DNA from: a virus
Virus record (IMG/VR): IMGVR_UViG_3300047494_000263
Coordinates: 1-64,000 of that record
Reading direction: 5' to 3' (one strand)
Length of the DNA stretch: 64,000 bases
Positions within the stretch are counted from its first letter, which is position 1. Every line of letters starts with the position of its first letter. The position numbers were made by a program, and so were the translations under genes. A model generated the notes under the pieces. That model did no database searches and was not told the DNA's origin. It saw nothing but the letters and a program-made list of their open reading frames with translations. Of the stretch, positions 24,306-34,482 are shown in pieces.

Positions 24306-27227
24306 ATGAAATTACTCGCTGCAAGCGTCCTTCTCTCAATTCTTCTATCGGTCGATAGCCGAGCCGCCACCACGGTTGAATTCTGCAAACCATACACCGC
24401 GCTCTCCCAGTTGCCCGTCGACCTGAAGCAACCTTACATTCAATACACGCTTGGGGTGACCGACTTGGCCGGAGGCAAAAAAGCGATAAGCATCACCGGC
24501 GACGAGATTCACGTGACGCGCGAGAGTCTGGGTGTGCTGGTGCGCGCGGCCGCGGCCGTCGACCGAAGCATCGATTCAATCCGACTAGATGCTCGCGTGG
24601 TGAAATTCTCCGGGCAGGTTCCACTGAGCGGCGGACGGATCGATGTGTTTGCGAAAGACATCGAATTCGAAGACGGAAGTTCGATCACTCTCCTTCCAGC
24701 TTCTAACTCGCGGATTACCCTGGCGGCGCAGAATATTTCGCTCTCGGATACAGGGTTTCATCACTTCGACGTCCGCGCGCGGGAATTGACCGGCCCACGA
24801 GACACCTTCTCGGACATCGACACCATTCTCGATGTCAAGGCGAGCCACTTGTATGTGGGCGGCTCTGAGATCGCGCATGCAAACGCTAGTGGAGTTCTCG
24901 CTCAAAGATTCTCAACCTACCCGATCGATGACTTCACAGCGAAAATAACCGCTGATGTAGGAGACCCCGTGAGTGCGGGATGGGTTGACGCTGAAAGGCA
25001 AGCGAAGGTCGAGTGGCCAAGATACTCGGTTGCCGTTCTACGATCCGTATTTAGGATAAGCCCGTTCGATGACTGTGCACGGGAGGATATCAAGGATGCC
25101 GCAACAAACAATCTTCCGACTTTGAAATTGCTCGCCAACGGCGAAGCGGTTTTTGAAGCCCAGACAATTATTGATGCGGTGGATCGTGGAGTAGATCTGA
25201 ATGGGAACGGCCCAGCCTATGTATCAAGTCGACCTCTGGCCGACGTTTTGCTCGGAATTAGATCTTTTGAGCCAGGTGGCTCAGAGCAAAAGACACTTAA
25301 GTTCTACATAGACAGCCTGAATGATTCTATCAGTAACACCCCTATCTCTGAAGATGCGCAGAACGCGGAGGTGGCGAAACTCGCCGAGACTATCAGGCAA
25401 GAAAAGATCGACTATGCAAATACAAACAACGAATTGATCGAGCTGCAGTCGGAGATCTTTAATACGACCCAGCTCCTGACAACCCAGCAGAACCAGTATC
25501 ACGATCGTGAAACCTCGCTGAAGAACTCGGCGGCCGAACTCAAGAAAGGTAACGCCGATCGAGCCGAGCTCCTAGCGGGACTTTCCACAGCAGCAGCGAT
25601 CGCATCGACTGCCTACACCGGGAGTCCTCAAACCGGATCGGTGGTAGGCGGTGTAATTCTAGCCGTCGGGGAGGCTGGCCAGGGGAGACCCGTTTTCAGT
25701 TCTCTATCTGCCGGCTACCAATTTTCTGTTGCGATAAAAGGGCCTTTGACGTCTATCCAGAAGACGATCACAGACTTGTACAACTCCCGCGGAAATTACG
25801 GCATGTTTATCGATTCTCTCAGCGTGCAAAACATAACGATCAAGAATTCGATCACCGTTCCCGTCACGAACCCGGCGCCGGGCCAGCCTGCAACGAAGAC
25901 GATCACACGCGATGAGGCGCTTGCCGACCTTGCTGCCAAAGGGGAGGCTCTCAAAACAGGGATTCAGGGGATTGAAGGGGTTTACAACAACTTCAAGGAA
26001 TCGGCTTCGCCAGTCTCTGACGACATAGAAGATGATGGCTCACTCGAGAATCTCGCGGAGCATCTGACTACCACATTGGAAAGTGCAAAGAACCAGGCTA
26101 TCAAGCTCGACGCTGTTCAGAGACAAGTTCAGCAGCAATCTGTATTGCTCGTTCAGAGCGCAGAACAACTGGCTAGAGTAACGAATCTACCGATCATTGA
26201 CGAGGCCAATCGGAGAACCTTTCAACAACTCTCCATCGATGGATTCAGAGACGAAGTCTCCAAATTTGCTGAGCTGACAGACGAGATTCGGAGAGTTAGC
26301 CTCGTCGAGTATCGGGCGCAGTTGCCGGTGGATGTTGCTCAAATTGAAAGCGTTTTGGTCTCCGAACAATTGGATCAAGGATTCGACCAGAAAGCTAGTT
26401 TGAACTCGGCAGATATCGCCACGAAATACCTCAATGCGTTAAAAGCGCAGAAGGATCTGATCAGTCTTTTGGCATCTGCTCTTGACAAGGCTTCTGATCG
26501 ACAATTCTACGCTTACGTAAAAATGCGAGGAAGCGCGCCAGTGCAGGTGATTGCGACAGAGCAGATCAATACATCACAGCACGCTCCCCAGGATAAGAAG
26601 GAATTCATTGCGCGATTAAACAAGCTCGTCCAAGAAGAATTCAATGCACGTTCCAACCTTCCGAAACTGGATGATTTATACAAACAGCGCATCGCAATTC
26701 CCTTTGATCTTGTTGGCAAGCTGGACCAAAGATTTCCCACAAGGCTCCTCCAGGCCGTGGTTGTTGGCGTACTTCCAAAATTCAATCTGAAGGGCAGTGA
26801 TCTCGCATTCCGGATAGAAGTGGAAAGGGTGGGAAATTTGCGTAAGTCCTCCGGCCCAATACCTAACGGCCCTGCACGGACAAACCTCTCACAGAAAGTC
26901 TGCGCAAAGAAAAACTTGCCTCAGCCGTCGCTTGATTGCTTCTCAGTGGATCTTCGCGAAAAAGACACTCCAGAAGAATTTCAAAATTCCCCATTCGATT
27001 ACTCCATCGGAACGGTACTGGGTGGACACGCATTCGTTCCAACCCCAATAGAGAGCTACTGGTACCTCCACCCCGGGGACACCGCCCCTGGAACCCGAAC
27101 CACAACGCTCACATACGCGCCCGCTGAAGCGCGAATGTACTTGGGAGTGCGCCTTGATCCACGTGCTGCGTGGGTGACCGCGCCGAAATTTACGGAAATG
27201 ACCGTGACTGTGGAGGCATTTCAATGA
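24306..27227 (+). CDS. large secreted protein with beta-solenoid-like N-terminus, coiled coils and hydrophobic hairpin (toxin-like)
   Basis: GAGGA RBS; signal peptide MKLLAASVLLSILL; heptad-rich segments flank LAGLSTAAAIASTAYTGSPQTGSVVGGVILAVG. Confidence 0.75.
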   Translation: MKLLAASVLLSILLSVDSRAATTVEFCKPYTALSQLPVDLKQPYIQYTLGVTDLAGGKKAISITGDEIHVTRESLGVLVRAAAAVDRSIDSIRLDARVVKFSGQVPLSGGRIDVFAKDIEFEDGSSITLLPASNSRITLAAQNISLSDTGFHHFDVRARELTGPRDTFSDIDTILDVKASHLYVGGSEIAHANASGVLAQRFSTYPIDDFTAKITADVGDPVSAGWVDAERQAKVEWPRYSVAVLRSVFRISPFDDCAREDIKDAATNNLPTLKLLANGEAVFEAQTIIDAVDRGVDLNGNGPAYVSSRPLADVLLGIRSFEPGGSEQKTLKFYIDSLNDSISNTPISEDAQNAEVAKLAETIRQEKIDYANTNNELIELQSEIFNTTQLLTTQQNQYHDRETSLKNSAAELKKGNADRAELLAGLSTAAAIASTAYTGSPQTGSVVGGVILAVGEAGQGRPVFSSLSAGYQFSVAIKGPLTSIQKTITDLYNSRGNYGMFIDSLSVQNITIKNSITVPVTNPAPGQPATKTITRDEALADLAAKGEALKTGIQGIEGVYNNFKESASPVSDDIEDDGSLENLAEHLTTTLESAKNQAIKLDAVQRQVQQQSVLLVQSAEQLARVTNLPIIDEANRRTFQQLSIDGFRDEVSKFAELTDEIRRVSLVEYRAQLPVDVAQIESVLVSEQLDQGFDQKASLNSADIATKYLNALKAQKDLISLLASALDKASDRQFYAYVKMRGSAPVQVIATEQINTSQHAPQDKKEFIARLNKLVQEEFNARSNLPKLDDLYKQRIAIPFDLVGKLDQRFPTRLLQAVVVGVLPKFNLKGSDLAFRIEVERVGNLRKSSGPIPNGPARTNLSQKVCAKKNLPQPSLDCFSVDLREKDTPEEFQNSPFDYSIGTVLGGHAFVPTPIESYWYLHPGDTAPGTRTTTLTYAPAEARMYLGVRLDPRAAWVTAPKFTEMTVTVEAFQ

Positions 27228-28105
27228 TGTCCCCTAAATTGCTATTGCTTTGTTCGGTGCTTGTGGCGTGGTCATCTGAGAGCTTGGCTCAGACGAAGCT
27301 GTCGAGCACGTTCCCGGTTGCAAGCCTAGGTAAGGACGTCATCGTCCAAGTTCCTGATGACACCGTTTTGATAATTGATGCGGCGCCCTACTTCTTAGAA
27401 GATAAGAATTTGATCATCAGGGCTCGATCGGCGGAATTACAGGGGTCCGTTGTCATCCAATCGTTTTCCGACGACAGTGTCGGCCCCGCCTATCAAGGTC
27501 CTTCGCCGCCAGTCCCGCCCACACCGACGGGTCACGTTGGGGGAACGGGCGGCAATACGGGGCACGAGGGGAACCCTGGCGCACCCGCTGGTGTTTGCGT
27601 TTTAGATATCGGAAATCTAAAAGTTGACGCTAATTCAACTCTGACGATCAAATACAAGGGCCAAAAGGGAGGGCAGGGGCAGCAAGGTGGTCAAGGTGGT
27701 CAAGGGGGAGGTGGAATACCCAGTTCGGACGACGGGGGTGGGCCTGATCACCCTTGCCCAGGTGCAGGAGGAACGGGCTACCCTGGCGGTGCTCGCGGGA
27801 CTGGCGGGCGTGGCGGCGTTGGCGGTCAGGGCGGGGTGGTTTATCGGTCGGCTGCATTGTCCTCTCTAGAGGCAGCCGGGTCGGTTGTCATCGATGTCAC
27901 TGGTGGGGTTGGCGGCGATCCCGGAGCCCAAGGCGAAAGAGGAATCGGCGGGACCGGCGGCAGTCGCGGCGCCGGGAGTAGTTCTTGGCACTGCAGCGAT
28001 CCACCGCCGGATATTGGGCCACCCGGTCCCCTAGGCCCTGACAGCACGCTCAAAGACCCAGAAAAGTCTATTGAAGGACCTCCCGGTGCAAAAAAAGATC
28101 TTTGA
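27224..28105 (+). CDS. secreted glycine-rich / collagen-like (G-X-Y) protein
   Basis: ATGA overlap with previous gene; signal peptide; long Gly-X-X runs. Confidence 0.8.
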   Translation: MMSPKLLLLCSVLVAWSSESLAQTKLSSTFPVASLGKDVIVQVPDDTVLIIDAAPYFLEDKNLIIRARSAELQGSVVIQSFSDDSVGPAYQGPSPPVPPTPTGHVGGTGGNTGHEGNPGAPAGVCVLDIGNLKVDANSTLTIKYKGQKGGQGQQGGQGGQGGGGIPSSDDGGGPDHPCPGAGGTGYPGGARGTGGRGGVGGQGGVVYRSAALSSLEAAGSVVIDVTGGVGGDPGAQGERGIGGTGGSRGAGSSSWHCSDPPPDIGPPGPLGPDSTLKDPEKSIEGPPGAKKDL

Positions 28106-28149
28106 TCTTTTCGGGTGGTATTCACTAAGCTAGTAACTCGGGATCACTC

Positions 28150-31100
28150 TCACCTCTCGAGAGCGATCTTGAACTGCGTCGCTTCGAGAGTGCCCGCTTT
28201 AGTTGGGAGCAACAGGTGATCTAAGGGCTCCGGCCGATGAAAGAAAAAGCCTTGAGCGTAATCGATGCCGAGTGCATTGACACCCGCCACCACGCCTTCG
28301 AACTCTACGCACTCGGCGATAGTCTTCAGACCGGCCGTGTCCGCGACCTTTTTGAAGCACTCCACCGCGACACGATCCAGTTCGGTCTTCATTAGATTCT
28401 GGATGAAAAGACCGTCGATCTTAAGGTAGTCGACCTTGAGTGCCTTCAGGTAGCTAAACGACGTGAAGCCAGCGCCAAAATCGTCAAGGGCAATGCGAAC
28501 CCCTAGTGCCCGCACCTCATCAATGAACTTGCTGGCATACGGTAGGTGGGTGATCGCCGCCGTCTCGGTGATTTCAAAGCAGATCTTGCTGACATCGAAG
28601 GTGGCGCTGCGAATCAGTTCAGCAATATCTTTCTGGAAGACCCGATCGCTCACCGATTGGCCAGAGAGGTTGATAGCAACCATATCGATCCTCTTTACCT
28701 GGTGCTTCAGACCCGACATCCAGCTGAAAACCTTACGAACGACCCAGCGATCGATTCTGGCCGCCATTTGGAACCGCTCGGCTGCAGGAATGAACGCGCC
28801 CGGCAGCGTGATGGTGCCGTTGCTCTCGCGAAGGCGTAGGAGGACCTCGCAATGTAGACCGGTCTCGGGGTTCTTGAGGTCGATGATGCGCTGGCCGAAC
28901 AGTTCGAACTTGTTATCGTCGAGAGCCGACTCGAGGCGAGAGACCCACGTCATTTCGCCGTGACGCGCGCGCATGACCTCATCCGAGTCAAACCATTCGT
29001 GCACCCGATTGCGGCCCGCTTCCTTAGCGGCATAGCAGGACGTGTCGGCCGCTGACATCAGCGCTGCGAGGTTGACCCAGCGATTGTCGACCGGCACCAG
29101 GCCGATGCTCGCACCGATGCGGTATCGATTGGTCTCGTGAAGGAAGCGAAACTCCTCCATCTGATCGCAGATCTTCTGCGCCACCTTGGCGGCGGCCGCG
29201 GGATCTGCGTGCTCTAGGATGATGCCGAATTCATCGCCCCCGAGCCTTGCCACAGTATCGTGGGATCGAACGCAACTCCTGAAGATGGCTGATACCTCGC
29301 GCAGCAGCTGGTCGCCTACGTCATGCCCACAGGCATCATTAACCAGCTTGAATTGATCGAGGTCGATGTAGAGCAAGGCGTTCTTGCTGAAGTCAACGTT
29401 CGCGCGCTCGAGCAGCGTCGAGATGCGTGCTTCGAACTCATGGCGGTTCGGCAGGCCGGTGAGCATGTCGTGGGTCGCCCGATGCGCGATTTCGTTGCTG
29501 AGGCGTCTTTGATCGGTGACATCGTGAAAGATCAGTATCGCGCCACGCACAGCACCGTTTGCACCTCGAATCGGCGATGCTGAATCCTGGATTCCGTATT
29601 CGGTACCGTTACGGCTAAGTAGATTGGTGTTGGCCGAGATCACCGGCGTGCGGCTGATTGTGCCCTGCGCCAGGACATTGATCACCGGGTTGCGCGCAGG
29701 CGCGCGGGTAGTTTCATGAACGATGACATACACCGCGTCCAGCGGCCGGCCAACAGCTTCACTTTTAAGCCAGCCGGTCAGCCGTTCAGCAACCGGATTG
29801 AGCCATGTGACTTTGCCGTATATGTCGGTGGTGATCACCGCGTCCGCAATGGATTCCAGCGTAACCTGCCAAAGCTCTTTGCTATCGGCCAGCTCGCGCT
29901 CGATCTCTTTGCGGGCGGTGATGTCCTGAAAGGCACCAACCAGGCGGACCGGCCGCTTGTCCTCGTCAAATTCGACAGAGCCGACGACACGCGCCCAGAA
30001 AGAACGGCCTGTCGCGGACACCACCGGGACTTCGATGTCCCACGGATCGCCATTCTGAATGCCGTCCATGAATGCTTTTTCGAGAACCGGCCGGGCCGAT
30101 GGCTCAAAGAACGACAGCGCCTCATGAAAACTCGGTTGGTAGTTTGGATCCAGACCATAAAGGCGGCAGGCTTCGTCCGACCACGTGAGCGACCCGGTCG
30201 CGATGTCCAGCTCCCACCCGCCTACGCCCGCCACCTCGCCCGTTTTCTGCAGCAGTGAGTGGCTGGTTCGAAGGGCGACCTCGCTTTGCTTGCGCGCTGA
30301 GATGTCCAGTCGGACGCCTTGCATCACGAGAGCCTCACCAGCGCTGCCGCGCCGATTGACACTGCCCCGGTCGTGCACCCAGGTCCAATGACCGTCCTTG
30401 TGCCTGACGCGCACGTCGATAACGATGTGATCGAGATTTCCCTCGATCTGGTCTCGCACCATCTTACGCATCCGCTTGAAATCGTCGGGATGCAGGAGTT
30501 CGATGGCAGATTCAAGCGTCATCGGACCAAGTTCTTCGATGGTGTAGCCAATCATTTCGGCCCAACGGGCGTTGACCAGCATCTTGCCCGTTTTGAGGTC
30601 CCACTCCCACGTACCCGCCCTCATCGCTTCGAGGAACCCAGCCCTGCGCTCCCGCTCCTCGGCCAGAGCAGCCTCGGCCCGCTTGCGCTCGGTGACGTTC
30701 TCCAGGACAGACAGGTGGCGTGAGGGCTCTCCGTCTGGGGAGCGTTCCAGTACTGAGGAGGCCAGTACGTCAAGGATCTGACCATCAGAGCGAACGAACT
30801 GCAGTTCGATCCCCGAAATCCGGCCGGCAGCAAAGAACATGGGGTAAACGAAATCCTCCACGTATTCGCGCGACGCCTCGGTCATGAATTCTGTAGTGCG
30901 TCGACCCAAGACCTCGTCGCGTTGATAGCCCATCTCGTGCAGCCACGTGTCACTTACCGACAGCAGTCGGCTGTCTCTGTCCGCTGAGTGCAGCATGGCA
31001 GGCGTCGCGTCGTAGAGCTCCTGAATGTGGGTTTCTGACGCCTCGGCCGAATTGAGTGCCCGCATCGCTGACTGACGAAACTCCATCGCGCGCGCCACGG

Positions 31101-31563
31101 TATCAGCCATGATGCGCAGTAGGTTGGTTTGCGATTCGGTCAGATCTCGGGGCGTGGTGTCGACGACGCATAAGGTGCCCAACACGACTTCGTCGGAGAG
31201 GCGGATAGGGGCGCCAGCGTAAAAGCGTACGCCGGGCGGTCCGGTGACCGTCGGGTTGTTGGCGAAACGAGGATCGAGCGTCGCGTCGCGGATGATCAAA
31301 ACATCGCGCTCCACCAGGGCGTGGGCGCAAATAGAGATGTCGCGATGCGTTTCCCCGAGCCCCTCTAGTCCGACATTCGCTTTGAACCACTGACGACATT
31401 CGTCGACCAGGGTAATGAGCGCGATGGGGGTGCCGCAGACGGCGGCGGCCGTTTTGGCAATGGTGTCGAAGATCGCTTCGGGAGCCGTATCTAAGATCTC
31501 CAGCTGGTGGAGACGCTTGACGCGGTGTTCTTCGTGGTCAGGTTTCGGCGCTTCGTGACTCAT
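28150..31563 (-). CDS. GAF-4xPAS-GGDEF-EAL diguanylate cyclase/phosphodiesterase
   Basis: GAF (VRFYAGAPI), PAS/PAC repeats, ARLGGDEF, EVLLR, EITE, DDFGAG, QGF. Confidence 0.95.
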   Translation of the reverse strand: MSHEAPKPDHEEHRVKRLHQLEILDTAPEAIFDTIAKTAAAVCGTPIALITLVDECRQWFKANVGLEGLGETHRDISICAHALVERDVLIIRDATLDPRFANNPTVTGPPGVRFYAGAPIRLSDEVVLGTLCVVDTTPRDLTESQTNLLRIMADTVARAMEFRQSAMRALNSAEASETHIQELYDATPAMLHSADRDSRLLSVSDTWLHEMGYQRDEVLGRRTTEFMTEASREYVEDFVYPMFFAAGRISGIELQFVRSDGQILDVLASSVLERSPDGEPSRHLSVLENVTERKRAEAALAEERERRAGFLEAMRAGTWEWDLKTGKMLVNARWAEMIGYTIEELGPMTLESAIELLHPDDFKRMRKMVRDQIEGNLDHIVIDVRVRHKDGHWTWVHDRGSVNRRGSAGEALVMQGVRLDISARKQSEVALRTSHSLLQKTGEVAGVGGWELDIATGSLTWSDEACRLYGLDPNYQPSFHEALSFFEPSARPVLEKAFMDGIQNGDPWDIEVPVVSATGRSFWARVVGSVEFDEDKRPVRLVGAFQDITARKEIERELADSKELWQVTLESIADAVITTDIYGKVTWLNPVAERLTGWLKSEAVGRPLDAVYVIVHETTRAPARNPVINVLAQGTISRTPVISANTNLLSRNGTEYGIQDSASPIRGANGAVRGAILIFHDVTDQRRLSNEIAHRATHDMLTGLPNRHEFEARISTLLERANVDFSKNALLYIDLDQFKLVNDACGHDVGDQLLREVSAIFRSCVRSHDTVARLGGDEFGIILEHADPAAAAKVAQKICDQMEEFRFLHETNRYRIGASIGLVPVDNRWVNLAALMSAADTSCYAAKEAGRNRVHEWFDSDEVMRARHGEMTWVSRLESALDDNKFELFGQRIIDLKNPETGLHCEVLLRLRESNGTITLPGAFIPAAERFQMAARIDRWVVRKVFSWMSGLKHQVKRIDMVAINLSGQSVSDRVFQKDIAELIRSATFDVSKICFEITETAAITHLPYASKFIDEVRALGVRIALDDFGAGFTSFSYLKALKVDYLKIDGLFIQNLMKTELDRVAVECFKKVADTAGLKTIAECVEFEGVVAGVNALGIDYAQGFFFHRPEPLDHLLLPTKAGTLEATQFKIALER

Positions 31564-32173
31564 TGAATTGCTTAGGGACGCGCCGCGCCCAGTAAATGAC
31601 TAGAACACTTCGATAGTGTATCGGATACTTAAGACACCAGTGGAACTAACATTCGCAAATCGTTAAAAATAATCGCGCGACGATCTGCCTCAACGCATAA
31701 TCGCTCTTGGAGCACCGAATAAATCACCAAATACGCGCTCAGTACTATCGGCGCCCGGTCCAGTTGACTTAACAGGATTGCGCAAGAAAGCGCCTCCAAG
31801 ATTGTCTGCGAATGATGTGGCGCAAAAACCATAGCATGGGAGGTAGGCCGTCACCAGAGGACTTGCCGCGAACGCAACACCGCTCGTGCCGCCACTCGCC
31901 AGTGGCACGCGAGGCTCCCAAAGAAGCCACTGAATGCGCAAGAAATAGACAATAGAGCTGTGCGAACAACAGCAGCGATATCTGATTCAGCCGAAGCACG
32001 GAAACCAAATATAACGAAGCATGAAACACCTAATAGCCATGCTTCTCCCCTCTGAAATAACGCTATACTCAAAGAGAAATACCATCATCTCATCCGTCGA
32101 AATACTGGCTTACAAAGACACGACGCACCGTCGCTCAGACCAGTCTCCGAGGACCGCTGCATTGAACCCTTTC

Positions 32174-32986
32174 ATGGATCTATCCACCGGTGACCAGGCA
32201 GAGCCTGGCGACGGCGATGCTGAGGCGGCTGCTCGAGAAGCGCTGCAATCACGCCTCCTGGTCGATCTGTTCGCGCATTCGGTTGCAAATGACTTGATTC
32301 TGAAGGGCGGGATGGCCATGCGCTCCGTATTTGGCAGCGTGCGCTACACCAAGGATATCGATCTAGATTCGCCTCCGCAGGTGAGCAAGACACACGTGCA
32401 GGGCTTGGTAAAGCGCGCCATCAAGCGGGTGCTCACCACGGGAATTCTCGAAAACTCGGTGGTCACCGAGCCAAAGCAGACCGACTCCACCTTGATCTGG
32501 AATATTGCCGGCCGGGTCGCGGGCACTGCGCCCAACGTACACCTGACGATCGAGATCTCCCGTCTCGGAATGACCCCGATGGATCACGTGATCGAGAAGG
32601 AGGTAGTCCTCGATGGTCAGTCGACTACGATTAAAGTGATTGATGGCGAGGCGCTAGCGGTCAGCAAGGTCTTTGCCCTCACAAGTCCGAACCGCTCTGC
32701 CGCACGGAATCTCTACGACCTGGGTGTGTTGATCGACATGGATGTGAAGCCCAGTCTCGATCTCTTCACCAGGCGTGGCGCAGAGGTCATCGACAAGACC
32801 ATCTCGGAGCTATGGTCCAAGATCGAGGCCATGAGCTATCAGCAGTTCGAGCAGGACCTCAAGCCCTATCTTCCCACTGCTGTGCGGAACACCATCACTT
32901 CGGAGATCTTCGACGGCATGCAACTTAGGGTGGGCGAGCACGTCCAGTCCTGGTTACGCAGAGCCAAGTCGACGATGAAGCCATGA
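32174..32986 (+). CDS. AbiEii/AbiGii-family nucleotidyltransferase toxin
   Basis: LILKGGMAM...RYTKDIDL; SKVFAL...ARNLYDL. Confidence 0.85.
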   Translation: MDLSTGDQAEPGDGDAEAAAREALQSRLLVDLFAHSVANDLILKGGMAMRSVFGSVRYTKDIDLDSPPQVSKTHVQGLVKRAIKRVLTTGILENSVVTEPKQTDSTLIWNIAGRVAGTAPNVHLTIEISRLGMTPMDHVIEKEVVLDGQSTTIKVIDGEALAVSKVFALTSPNRSAARNLYDLGVLIDMDVKPSLDLFTRRGAEVIDKTISELWSKIEAMSYQQFEQDLKPYLPTAVRNTITSEIFDGMQLRVGEHVQSWLRRAKSTMKP

Positions 32987-33804
32987 CCAACAAATCCCCC
33001 AGCTGGCGCTTCGGACTGCTGGGCCAGCTATCCAAGAAAAGCTCGCCTCGCATCATGACCTTCCCAGAGCTGCACAAGCTGGCCGGGTTGGTGCGCCCAG
33101 GGATCAGTGACACCACAGTGCGTACAGCCATCGAGGAGCTGAAGGAGGCTGGCGCTCTCCTGAAGATCAGCAATGGGCTATATATGAACAAACGTTCACT
33201 TCCGGCGCCGTCCATAGCGGAAGCGGCTCGGTTCATTCGAAAGCACGCCGTCGTGTCGCTGCAGTCCGTTCTTGGCGAGTGCGGGGTCACGAACAACCCG
33301 TCAGCGATTGTCACCTGCGTTGTGCCTCTTTCGGCCACGAGCCACCCGAATTTGGGAACGGTCCAGACGGAATCTGGCGCCACCTTCCGATTCTTTGGGT
33401 TGCCGGAACGCTTCTTTCCGCCTAAGGCGGGCAAAGTTCGCGAATTGTTCATCTCGAGCAAGCCATGTCCTTGCTTCATCCCCGAGAAGGCGCTCCTCGA
33501 CTGGCTGTATCTGGGGAACTCCATTTCGAGCAAGATGACCCCTCCACCTTTCGACATCGATCCAGAGATGATTGATTGGCGTCGGGCGCGTGATCTCGCC
33601 GAAAAAATCGGGATGTCCCAATTGCTGGAGGACTATTTTCAGAAGGGCAGGGAACTGCGCTGGGGAGTTGAGCCCCTTGGGCCGCGCTCCGCACCTAAGC
33701 CACCTGCCGTTTCTTCGACAAAGCCCGAGCCGGTCGCCTTGGCGCCAAAGAAAACATCTCTTCTTGGTTCCTCCCAACCGCGCAAGCTTCTCTCGAGCCG
33801 CTAA
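32983..33804 (+). CDS. AbiEi-like antitoxin (winged-HTH + C-terminal domain)
   Basis: GALLKISNGLY, VVSLQSVL...G, PEKALLDWLYL; ATGA overlap with the toxin gene. Confidence 0.8.
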   Translation: MTNKSPSWRFGLLGQLSKKSSPRIMTFPELHKLAGLVRPGISDTTVRTAIEELKEAGALLKISNGLYMNKRSLPAPSIAEAARFIRKHAVVSLQSVLGECGVTNNPSAIVTCVVPLSATSHPNLGTVQTESGATFRFFGLPERFFPPKAGKVRELFISSKPCPCFIPEKALLDWLYLGNSISSKMTPPPFDIDPEMIDWRRARDLAEKIGMSQLLEDYFQKGRELRWGVEPLGPRSAPKPPAVSSTKPEPVALAPKKTSLLGSSQPRKLLSSR

Positions 33805-33899
33805 GCATATCGCCTTTTAGCCGGTAAACTAGCCTATCGGACATCTCGAGGACCCTCTTGGACAACGTCGTCGCCGCGTCGCGCTCGCAGCATCCACTC

Positions 33900-34448
33900 A
33901 TGGTTGTACTGCTGGTGCTCATCGCCATGGTGACCGGTGCCAGCTTTGCCTGTTCGATCTGGTTGTTTGTCCATTGGCCTCACCCGGCCTCTTCGATTGA
34001 GCCGTCCTTTCGGGGCGTCGAGCTCGACCACCCGATGCGGGAGCTGGCCGCCAAAACCAAAGGCTTGCGGTGCTCCAATTTGTCAGAGGCCACCGGTCTT
34101 CGTACCTGCTCGGTTGATGGCCAGTCGTACGCGGGCGTGGACTTGCTGCAGCCCGCTATCCTGACCTTTGATCGCTATGACCGACTGAAGAGTTTCGAGG
34201 TCCGCATCAAAGAACGAGACGATTTCGCGTCGCTCATACAGGCATTTGACGAACATTACGGTGACGTACCCAGCCAAGTCATTTCTGGCGACAAAAGCCT
34301 TTCCAAGGTCTGGCAATTTGATCGAGGAATGAAATGCGTTGCAGTAGCTCTGGAGGCTGGCGCTGGCGTAATGTGCGGGACCACCCTGCAGCAGGATTCG
34401 CCAGGGCCTTCGGGGCCACGTATGAAGGGTGACCCGGCCGATCTTTAG
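33900..34448 (+). CDS. membrane-anchored four-Cys protein, paralog of 15597-16151
   Basis: N-terminal TM; shared Cys, YG and W spacing. Confidence 0.6.
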   Translation: MVVLLVLIAMVTGASFACSIWLFVHWPHPASSIEPSFRGVELDHPMRELAAKTKGLRCSNLSEATGLRTCSVDGQSYAGVDLLQPAILTFDRYDRLKSFEVRIKERDDFASLIQAFDEHYGDVPSQVISGDKSLSKVWQFDRGMKCVAVALEAGAGVMCGTTLQQDSPGPSGPRMKGDPADL

Positions 34449-34482
34449 GGATCGTTGAAAATCTTATATCTTGACCCTCGCC

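Noticed and set aside
31564-32173. Riboswitch or small ORFs in the 600-bp gap between the GGDEF-EAL and AbiEii genes
   Set aside because: Only a short hairpin (GCCACT-CGCC-AGTGGC) and a repeated TGCGCAAGAAA; no convincing c-di-GMP riboswitch consensus or credible ORF.
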